Assembly (NCBI RefSeq): GCF_009914755.1 | Contig: NC_060939.1 | Length of the DNA: 64,000 bases | From: the human T2T-CHM13v2.0 reference genome, Homo sapiens | Reading direction: 5' to 3' (one strand) | Part shown: positions 52,973-64,000 of the stretch, one piece after another | Numbering within the stretch: the stretch's first letter is position 1 | How the letters are laid out: each line of letters begins with the position of its first letter | The notes under the pieces: generated by a model | Database searches by the model: none | Seen by the model: only the letters and a program-made list of their open reading frames with translations | Told to the model about the DNA's origin: nothing | Position numbers and translations under genes: made by a program

Positions 52973-53732
52973 TTAGGAACTGGCAGAGCCAAAGGGCACG
53001 ATCAAGCTCCTTGAGGAGGTGGGCCATATTCCTGTGAATCTACCACTGTTATATTAGTGCCTCTCTCTTAGCTCATGCCTCATGCCTATGGCTATATGGG
53101 GGTGACCCTTTTGACTAGCTTATCAATCTCATCCTGAAAACCAGTGGAAAGGGGAAGTCTCCCCAATGAACAGAGTTTTAGATGATGTAGTGAAGGGTTA
53201 TTCTCTTTGTGTGGAAAGAAAGGAGTCCCAGTGTTAGAATATATATAGCCTTATAGTGGCAAAAAGCTTGACTGTTTGGTGAAGGTCCTGGAAGGAGAAA
53301 GATTGGAAGGTTGGCATCAATAAGCTTGGTGAGGGTTATGGAAATGTGAGTATGGTCATGGAGTGTGAAGGCCATTATATCACAAATTGACACTCACTGG
53401 GGCATCCACTATGGAAAATGTACTAAACAACCAAACAGATGGGATAACAAGCCAGTGGACATGAGCCAAGTCTCTGTCATTGGCCACTCAAGTATTGGCA
53501 CAATGGGCATATGAACAGAATAACCATGGAGGCAGGAATGGCAGCTATGCATGACGCAAGCAGCGTAGGATCCCACTCACCAGGGCTGATAAATAATAGC
53601 AACTATTGTTGCCAAATGTCAAATCTGCAAGCGACAGAGATGGATGCTAAACCCTCAATATAGCACCATCTCCTGAGGAGACAAATCAGTCATTTGTCAG
53701 CAAGTTGATCACAATTCACTCCCTCTGCCCTA

Positions 53733-54091
<359 letters not shown>

Positions 54092-54108
54092 TTATTGTCC
54101 ACAGGGCC

Positions 54109-54316
54109 TGTATGAATTTTCCACACTGCATTGCAAATTACTGTAAATTTAACATCTTAAAATACCACACATTATCCCATCATTTCTGTTGGTCAGGAGT
54201 CTGGGCACAGATTAAATGGGTTTTCTGAGTCAATGTCTCATCAGCCTGACCTGCAAATGTTGACCAGGACTGTGGTCTCTCATCAGTGGCCTGACTGGCG
54301 AAAGATTCATTTACAA
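54109..54316 (-). mobile_element. MaLR LTR fragment (MLT1D/E-like) nested in the ERVL integrase
   Basis: tgtatgaattttc...caaattactgtaaatttaacatcttaaaatacc...ggtcaggagtctgggcacag. Confidence 0.75.
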
Positions 54317-56439
54317 CCAGCACCACTATCTGAAGGCCTACAGAGTATTTAACACTCTGACACAGACTCTCATATCACATTGCATTAGACCATGATTTAT
54401 GTGCAGTGGACACATAACCTTAGGATTCACTGGTCCTATCACGTCCTGTACCATCGAGAAGATGCTGGCCTGAAAAAGCAATGAAATAGCTGTTTGAAGG
54501 CCGTTTTATGATGCTATGTACCCAAAAGGTAGAATACATTAGTCTGAAAACCAAAGATAAGAGAGAACTTTTTTTTTTTTCACCATCAGTCCCAGTGACT
54601 TGCTTGGGAATTTGCATTTTCTGTCCCCCAAAACTTGCGAAGTTTTGGGGTCCTGGTTCACAGAGGGGAAATACTGTTACCAGGGTCTATGGCAAGCATC
54701 CCATTAAATTTAAGCTACGGTTGCCACCTGGTCACTTCGTATTCCCCATGATGGGAAAATAGCAGACATCTAGGGTTCTATGCCTAGGTGTCATAAACTT
54801 ATTATTTGAAGCCAGTGAACCTGAGTTGTGAAAGAGGTTGACTGTAGCAGATGCTGTGGTGTGCTGCCCAAATCCCTCTTCAGGACCAAGACACCCATCC
54901 CCAGCTACCAGGAGTGTTGCCTGCTGATGGCTCACAGCTGAGTTCAATCCAGAGCTGATGCTCTGTGAAGGCAACCACTTTGCCCCAGGTAACACCCTCT
55001 CCTTGGGGGCAGTTCCCTTCCAATGACTTTTCAGTGTAGAAGTACAAAACCCTGGCTGTCTTAACTCAACTTGGGCATTTATGAAGGGCCATCCCAGATT
55101 CAGAGCAATAGTAGGAGTGCCTGAGGCTTCTGTTGTAATTTAACCACAGTTCCAATCTTCGGCTACTTCCTTCACTCCCTGACAGGTATCTTACTGGAGG
55201 ATATTCCAGTTTGGTTACTTGCAAATCTTTGCATGCAAATGCAAACCTGCATGCATATCTTTGTCTTAGGACTGCTTCTAAGGAACTTGACTTATAACAA
55301 CATGGAACTCCCAGGGTGAAGACTTTTGATAGAATAAACTAAATTGTTCCGTAAAGTAAATTGCCCAACAATTTGCTTCTCTTCATTGATATGACAGGTT
55401 AGTTGTTCTGGGAGCTTCAAGAATATATTCTGTGGGCATGAACTCCTCTGTGAGAATATTGTCACAAATTACTGAAGATATTTTAAGAAATATTTAAAAA
55501 TGGAATATTATTAATTTTTTTCTTTCATTTTGTTTGGCTGAGACAACATATGTTAATGCCATGAAATGTTGCAGTCTCTCTGCATATTAAGTATAGTAAA
55601 AGAAGCTGGTTTGATCAATATGTTTTCTACAAACATGCATATTATGTGTATTCTATAAATTAAATTTATCACCTCCATAAAAGGCAATTGCACCACATTT
55701 TGCATATTTAGCCGTCCATGAAGATAAAAATATATTGAACCACAAGTGGTTAAACATAATAAAAGCACACCGTCCTATGTAACACCCAGCTAGGCAAAGG
55801 CAGACAGAACTAATCCAACTTGACACTGCCGAGCTCTGCCTCACCATCTTGCTCTTGGCGGAATTCCCACTGAAGTTCATATGTGCTTTGCTAGAGTGAG
55901 GACGGTGGGATGGAGTTCACAGCTTTCTTCCAGTGGAAATATGTGCAGGTCAGAATTTACTCCTTAGGTTTATTTCTTACCTCACATTTGAGTACAATAT
56001 TTTCAGGTGAAAATTCAGCTAGTTGTAGGTAAAGCTTTAAAGAAAACAGAAGGGGATAAAAGCATCTCAAGTACAGCATTCTCTGCTGGTAATCAATTGC
56101 GTTGCCTCACCCCATTTTTGATATGGCTCTCAAAGGTGATATAGGGTATGTGAAAGACCTCCTATGTATAGAAAATTATCACTCAGATTCAGTCAAGTAG
56201 AAACCACTTTAGTCAGAGAATTAGCTCTGTAACATTCTGTTTCATAGCAAAGAATGAAACAATTTACTCCTCCTGATATTTCTAAAAATATTTGAATTGT
56301 TCCTAACGTTGGAACTAAAACATCTTTGAGTAACTATGGAAGAATGAAGTGTTCCTCATTCTTGCATCTTAGAGCAAGACTAGATTCTTATTTGAAGACA
56401 AAGTCATTTATAGGACATTTCATCTTTCTTAAAGATTTT

Positions 56440-56830
56440 ATTCCTATTACAATTATATAGATTCAGGATGTGGTCAATAAGGAAAATACAATTCAGTCAC
56501 TGAGATGCATTTTATGATCTTTGAATAATGTTGGAAAATGGTTGTGTTATAATGTTATCTGGAAAAAAGAGGACAGAAAAATGTATATATGGTATTATAC
56601 ACATGCTATATATTATAATGTACTTGACCATTTCCCTACTGTGAAACATATATGTGCTTTCTAATTCTTCATGAATAAAAATACTGCTGTGATGAACATT
56701 TTTGTGCATATTTCCCCACATCTTGGGTGACACGTGAAATCTGGGGAACAACTGAATCAAAGATATGGGCACTTTAGTGTTTTAGCATTTTGACATTTGT
56801 TTTCTGCCGCCTTCCTAGGAATGTATGAAA
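56440..56830. mobile_element. Old L1M fragments, apparently in opposite orientations
   Basis: A-rich L1 3'-like sequence, then antisense atactgctgtgatgaacatttttgtgcatatt. Confidence 0.5.
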
Positions 56831-57949
56831 GTTATTCATTTCATCTTACATGGTGGAACTGAGTCTGAAGGATAAAATGTATATGAATCTTGCTTTATTG
56901 TTTGTTATCGATCCAAATGTTTTTCTGAAATAAATAGCATACATATACTCAGGAGGGTTCTTAGCCAAACAAGTTATACTGAACAAAACTAAAAGTGAAT
57001 ACACCCTGAAAATTTACCATTCTTGACTCAGCAGAAATCTGTCTCACTTTTATATCATACACCATATATATTTTATGCCAGTTTGAGAAGACAATGCTTT
57101 GCATCATAAATTGTGAAATATAGTCCATTGAAAATAATAAAATGAATATTAAACTATATAGTTTCTCAAAAAATGAGATTTGTTTACAAAATTCTTAATG
57201 ATTTCTACCAACTACCTCTCACTCTATTCACTCAAAAAGTACTCTATTTCCAATGGAGGTAATGTAAGGGAGAAGGGGGAGGAAAGATAAGATTCAATGA
57301 CAGGAGATTATGATTTTGGGTTAGTTCTTTAATATGACAGGAAGAAATGAGGGGAAGCAAAGGAACAGAAAAATAAAGTTCCTTCAGTACTGAGTAAGAA
57401 GACATAATTTGCTGTATTCTCTTTGGTTTACTATGAATAAGCTTTAATTCCTTTCCCCTTTTGTCCCCCTCTTCCCCAATACCCTGCAAGTTCTAGATCT
57501 GAAGAATTTAGCACAAGAATGGGTCTATATTCAAGGGACCAAAGCAAACTTCCAACAAGCACACAAATTTTTACACGGACAGAAAGATATTTACACGATC
57601 TTCTTCAATTATAAACTCCATCTGAACCACCAATCCTAACACAATTCAGTGCTTTACTCCACCTTGTGTGTGTTTTCATCAGACTATTGTGTTTATGTGC
57701 ATTTGATTCACACTGTATTTATATGATAATCCCAACATCTAAATAATAAAATATCAGAATGCAACGAATATGGAAACTTCAAATTCTAAAGGTATGATCC
57801 TTGTGCATCATACGTTGAATCATATGGCAAAGATATTCTACAAACATTCTTGATGAAAAATTAAATTAGTAAGGTTATATGTGAAACTGAACAATTGGTC
57901 AACTTTTTTTAGTACTAATGTATACCCGTGAACCTCTGATCACAACTGA

Positions 57950-58251
<302 letters not shown>

Positions 58252-58437
58252 AATTTTCAGTTTTTATTGAATAATTAATTTTAGTAGGTAACATACATTT
58301 TAAACTTCTAGGAGTGAAATATTATGACAAGAATGCCATGAAATAACTAACACAGACAATAGGCATAAACCATGATTATCCAGAGCAAACTGGGACATAT
58401 TGTTACCCTGTTTGTAGGACACAAGGAGAATTGTTGC

Positions 58438-59345
58438 CAGGGCTGGCTATGTAATTTGTAGGGCCCATTGTAAAATAAAAATTCACCTTGTTAAAAACGT
58501 ATTAAGAATTTCAAGGTGATACAATGAGATACCATCTCACACCATTCAGAATGGCAATTATTAAAAAGTCAAGGAACAATAGATGCTGGTGAGGCTGTGG
58601 AGAAATAGGAACGCTTTTACACTGTTGATGGGAATGTAAATTAGTTCAACCATTGTGGAAGACAGTGTGGGGATTCCTCAAAGACCTAGAACCAGAAATA
58701 CCATTTGATCTAGCAATCCCATTACTGGGTATATACCCAGAGGAATATTAGTTATTCTATTATAAAAATACATGCACATGTATGTTCACTGCAGCACTAT
58801 TCACAATAGCAAAGACATGGAATCAACCCAAATGTCCATCAATGATAGACTGGATAAAGAAAATGTTGTACGTATACACCATGGACTACTATGCCACCTT
58901 AAAAAGGAACAAGATCATGTCCTTTGCAGGGACATGGATGGAGCTGGAAGCCATTATTCTCAGCAAACTAAAGCAGGAACAGAAAACCAAATACCACATA
59001 TTTTCACTTATAAATGGGAGCTGAACAATGAGAACACATGGACACAGGGAGGGGAACAACACACACTAGGGCCTGTCGGGGGGTGGTTGCAGTGGGAGGG
59101 AGAGCATCAGGAAAGACAGCTAATGCATGCGGGGCTTAATACCTAGGTGATGGGTTGATAGGTGCAGCAAACCACCATGGCACACATTTTCCTATGTAAC
59201 AAGCCTGAACATCCTGCACAGGCATCCTGAACTTAAAATAATAATAAAAAATTTCAAGATGGTGATGACAGAGCATTAAATCAAGTGCTCTGAGTGTGGG
59301 GTCCTGTGTGAGTGCACAGGTCACATGCTTGTGAAGCTGGCTCTG
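58438..59345 (-). mobile_element. MER91A (hAT-Tip100 MITE) split by an L1 insertion (MER91A parts ~58438-58515 and ~59250-59345)
   Basis: cagggctggctatgtaatttgtagggcccattgtaaaat... and ...gcacaggtcacatgcttgtgaagctggctctg. Confidence 0.8.
58518..59249 (+). mobile_element. 5'-truncated L1PA (older primate subfamily) 3' end
   Basis: ORF2 C-terminus (MFTAALFTIAKTWNQPKCPSMIDWIKK, 58782-59024), G-rich 3' UTR and A-rich tail; flanking repeat aatttcaag at 58507-58515 and 59250-59258. Confidence 0.95.
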
Positions 59346-59529
59346 ATGATTACCAATATTAACATATGTGTGTTCCAGAGCTTTTCTTTCCTCACCAAAT
59401 AAATGTCAACAAATATTTTTGTCATTTTATTTTTTTCAATTTTAAAGGCATCTATGATCATTTTGTGAATTTAAAGTTAATTGTGTATAAAATAAAATTT
59501 AGCATTCTTGCTCTTTGATGGTAATGCAT

Positions 59530-59889
59530 GCCTGCCTGCCTGCCTGCCTTCCTTCCTTTCTTTTCTTTCTTTCTTCTTCTTCTTCTTCTTTTTTTTTTTT
59601 TTGACGGAGTCTCACTCATTTTGTCATCCAGGCTGGAATGCAGTGGTGCAATTACAGCTCGCTGCAAACTCTGCATCCTGGGTTCAAGTGATTTTCCTGC
59701 CTCAGCCTCCTGAGTAGCTACGATTACAGGCATGCACCACCATGCCTGGCTTATTTTTGTATTTTTAGTAGAGACGGGGATTCATCACTATGTTGGCTAG
59801 GCTGGTCTTGAACTACTGACCTCAAGTGATCCACACACCTCGGCCTCCCAAAGTGCTGGGATTACAGGCGTGAGCCACTGCGCCCAGCC
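59530..59889 (-). mobile_element. AluS with compound (CCTG)n/(TTC)n/T tail
   Basis: Alu body 59603-59889; TSD ggtaatgc at 59520-59527 and 59890-59897. Confidence 0.93.
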
Positions 59890-60107
59890 GGTAATGCCTA
59901 TCATTCTGGCACATGCCTTGGAATGGAGGGTTAAAGGAGAATGAAATTCTAGGAAGTTCACATTTAAAGAATTGAAGAGGATTTAGTCTATTTTTTTTTC
60001 AGAACTAGCTAGTGTTAACATTATTAATGTGATCTTTTCTTCTAACGATTTGAGAGAGTGCTCTTAAATAATTAGAAAAAAAAGTGTCAGTTTAAGAAAG
60101 AATCATA

Positions 60108-60474
<367 letters not shown>

Positions 60475-60755
60475 TTACACAAACATCTGTAAAACACATA
60501 GAGAATCACAACTAATGCAGAAAAAAATGGGGACAAAAATGGGAATGAAATAAAACCAGGATTTACTCAAGAGGCAGCTATACTCCTGGGACTTTGATAA
60601 AGTAGCTGAGTGGCAAGCGGCCATCAGGTGCTACTGCTTAACTATAAGGAGCTTGGCCACAGAGATTAGGGGAGATCACCTGGCAATTGAAGCCCTGTTG
60701 ATAAAAAGAGTGGCTTCAAATGGGGCCCATGAACTCAAAAAGGAGAATCTCTCTC

Positions 60756-61179
60756 TGAGATGATTTGTCTGAGTCCCCACTGAAATCTCTTCTCAAATTG
60801 TCATCTGTATTGTAATCCCCACATGTCAAGGGAGGGACCTGGTGGGAGGTAACTTGATCATGGAGACAGTTTCCCCCATGCTGTTCTTGAAATAGTGAGT
60901 TTTCACACAATCTGATGGTTTTATAAGGGGCTCTTTTCTGTTCTCTCTCTCTTTCCTTCCCTCCCTCCCTCCCTCTCTCCATTTTTCCCTCTCTCTCTCT
61001 CTCACTCTCTCTCTCACCTGCCACTATGTAAGATGTGCCTGCTTCCCCTTCTACCATGATTGTAAGTTTCCTGAGGCATCCTTATCCATGTGGAACTGTT
61101 AGTCAATTAAACCTCTTTTCTTTATAAATTACCCAGTCTCAGGCAGTTCTTTATAGCAGTGTGAGAACAGATTAGTACA
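60756..61179 (+). mobile_element. MaLR solo LTR (THE1D/MSTA-like) with internal (CT)n/(CCCT)n expansion
   Basis: TG...ACA ends; gtcaattaaacctcttttctttataaattacccagtctcagg; TSD ctctc/ctatc. Confidence 0.9.
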
Positions 61180-61348
61180 CTATCTCCCCCTTTTTCTCTC
61201 CTGAAACGAACACATATAAACAAACTAGCTCTAAAACAAATGGACAAACAAACACAAAGTCTAGGGAGGGAAGCTGAGGGAAAACAGTGGTATCTGTGAT
61301 TGATTCTCACTAGTAAACATGGGTCATACCTCTTGGATTAGTATTGAC

Positions 61349-61678
<330 letters not shown>

Positions 61679-61834
61679 TAATGGAAAAGATGCCTTATTA
61701 AGAGATACACAGATCACCACCCTCATTCAGTATGATTTCCATTACATTGGAAAGGTTCATTGACATCTGAAACTTTAATTACACATATTTTTACCTGTTG
61801 ATAAAAGTCTGAAATTCCCCAGTAAAACTAAAAT

Positions 61835-62274
61835 GAGGGTCCACTTATACGTGGATTTTTCTTCCACCTCTGCCACTCCTGAGACAGCAAGACCAACTCC
61901 TCTCTTCTTCCTCCTCTTCCTCAGCCTACTCACTCATTGTGAAGATGATGAGGATGAAGATCTTTATGATGATCCACTTCCACTTAATGAAAAGTATATG
62001 TACTTTCTCTTCCTTATAATTTTCTTAATAACCTTTTTTCTCTAGCTTACTTTATTATAAGAATACAGTATATAACACATATAGCATACAAAATATGTGT
62101 TAGTTGACCATTTATATTATCGGTGAAGCTTCTGGTCAACAGTAGGCTATTAGTAGATAAGTATTAGTGTTGACTCCCCAATAAGTATTTATGGGGAGTG
62201 AAAAGTTATACACAGACTTTCAACTGCATGAGAGGTCACTAATCCTAATTGCTATGTTGTTCCAGGGTCAACTG
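61835..62274 (+). mobile_element. Tigger2a (TcMar-Tigger) DNA transposon, 5' TIR lost
   Basis: ggtccacttatacgtggattttcttcc...gatgaggatgaagatctttatgatgatccacttcc...gttgttccagggtcaactg. Confidence 0.88.
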
Positions 62275-62437
62275 AAATGACCTTAGAGCTGTGTTCCAGA
62301 GTTTCTACAGAATTAATACTGGAGACATTGTAGTATTAATATAACTCTGTGAGGAAAGTGAATGTCTTTGCCTTGTTTACCCTTTCAATGAGTCTGATTA
62401 AAATCTATTTTTTAGTTCCAGAGTGGAAATATAATAG

Positions 62438-62520
62438 ATTCTCTCTCTTTCTCTTAATCTAATATATATATATATATATATATATACATTCTCTCTCTCT
62501 CTCTCTTTCTCTTTCTTTTT
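62438..62520. repeat. (TC)n-(TA)n-(TC)n compound repeat
   Basis: Seen directly. Confidence 0.9.
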
Positions 62521-63769
62521 CCAAATGAGTAAATGAGTGAACATAGGGACAGAAAATATGGACAAATCTTGTCTACTCTCAAGGCCCAATAAGAATGAAA
62601 GGGAAGGATCTTGATGAAAGGAGGACAGCTATTTATCCACCATTTAGGCATGCAGGCTTTGGAGAAGAGGAGAAAGGTTGTCATCCCACTGGCCCTCAGA
62701 AAGATGGGCCCTTTCTCATCAACCAGAGGAGGGAAAGGACTACCTTTAGTGTGTCAAAGCAGGTCAATAGCAGCCACACAGGTCGGGCATGAGTCCTGTC
62801 TCCATGGAGCATTCTTCCTATGGAGTGGCCACATTGGCAAAGCCCAGCTGCCTAATCACAGTGGCCTACTAAACTAAGATAAAGGTTAGCAAGAGATTAA
62901 GGAATGAGGCAAAAAATTTACTGTTTTAAGTTTAAAAAATAAACCTTTTTTTAAAGGCTAATGACCAGACAACTCATATTTCAAATATTGTATTGGTGCC
63001 TATATTTAAACAGCATATTTACCCAACTTGCACTAACCACCGTTGTATCTAAAACCTGCAGACTTCAACCACCTTATGGAACAGTCTGGTACCACAGAAA
63101 CTGTGGTAACAAGTGGTATTTGCTTAGGCAGCCTTAGGTTCCAGGAAAGGATTGAGCTTGAGATGTAACTAGTGCAAATCCTTTATGCTACTTCATTTCT
63201 GACTGTATCAGAGGAGCTCCATGGAGAAAGCAGGACTCAACAGAGACAAGCATGGAGAGAAATTAGTGTATGACTATGAGAAGTTGCCCTCGAGTCCTAT
63301 GCGGCACGGCCTATGTGCATTTCTAAGCTGTTGAGATTGAGAACTGTGCCAAAAATTTTGTTCAACTTGTACGAAATACTTTGCACAGTTTTAAATGGCT
63401 TTAATCCCAATAATAAAGGTCTGTTTTTAAAATACACTCTAATAAAAGTCTTTTCTCCATGATGTGCTGTTTAAAGGTGAGATTCAGACTCTAATTGATA
63501 GAAATTTCCAAGCAGGTTCATGTAAAACGTCTAATGCCGTGCACAGGTATAGGCTCCCAGTTATCCTAATTGGGAACCTAATCAGAAATAGTCACTTTGT
63601 TCAGAAATAGCCTGATGCTTTTTTTTTTCTTTGACTCTTATTGTATTCAAGTGTTCTCCTTAAAATATCTGGAAAGCTTCAATAAGTGGTTGTAGAGTGT
63701 CCTAAGGAGCACCCTGGAGAATTAAAGGAGAACCAGATGTGGGATCCATCCTAACTATGAGATTTGGTA

Positions 63770-63925
63770 CAAATCGCTTGCCTGTCTCAGCCTCAATTTT
63801 CTTGAACTATAAATGTAGATAATAATATCTGCTTGGCCTACCTCACAGAGTATTATAAGGCCTACATTAAATTATATTGGTCAAAGAACTTTAAAAAGCG
63901 CTATACACTTATAAGTATTTTTATG
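63770..63925 (+). mobile_element. MIR
   Basis: ctcagcctcaattttcttgaactataaatg...ctacctcacagagtattataagg. Confidence 0.75.
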
Positions 63926-64000
63926 TTTGTCAATAAGAAGGAAATGGTTCACTGAATAAAGGGCAAAGTTAAACCTTGCACTGTAGTTGCTATGACTGCA

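Noticed and set aside
58772-59146. ORFs resembling a real protein
   Set aside because: C-terminal fragment of L1 ORF2 in a 5'-truncated element, not a host gene
61833-62045. Acidic ORF (CEDDEDEDLYDDP)
   Set aside because: Part of Tigger2a sequence

Overview
This is primate, almost certainly human, non-coding genomic DNA (AluY/AluS/AluJ, L1P, MIR, L2, MaLR and ERVL repeats). I found no supportable protein-coding gene; the long ORFs in the track are GC-rich, microsatellite or repeat artefacts. The first ~11 kb is an extended, nearly transposon-free, CpG-rich promoter domain with three CpG-rich blocks (~1-2400, ~5940-6900, ~8860-10700). It also holds Z-DNA-type (TG)n/(CG)n tracts, short-loop G-quadruplex motifs and homeodomain-motif clusters. 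It contains a minus-strand non-coding first exon (donor GAA|GTAAGT at 301/300) carrying uORFs, plus plus-strand splice signals suggesting a divergent lncRNA. From memory this resembles the 5' end and upstream gene desert of MEIS2 (minus strand); that call is tentative and needs BLAT. The remaining ~53 kb is AT-rich gene desert with 18 Alu/FLAM elements, old L1/L2/CR1/MIR fragments, DNA transposons (MER33, Zaphod/MER115, MER91A, Tigger2a, MADE1) and LTRs. It also contains an ancient two-LTR ERVL provirus (LTR16/HERV16-like, 48957-55299) that still has a perfect 5-bp TSD and recognisable RT and integrase remnants. Most notable observations: a uORF-laden alternative leader; a candidate divergent spliced lncRNA; an Alu that escaped CpG decay; several short locally templated duplications, one flanked by a 10-bp TSD-like repeat; and a repeated AP-1+TCF motif module. 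Repeat subfamily names were assigned by eye from remembered consensus sequences and should be confirmed with RepeatMasker/Dfam. I do not see a convincing wholly novel biological system.
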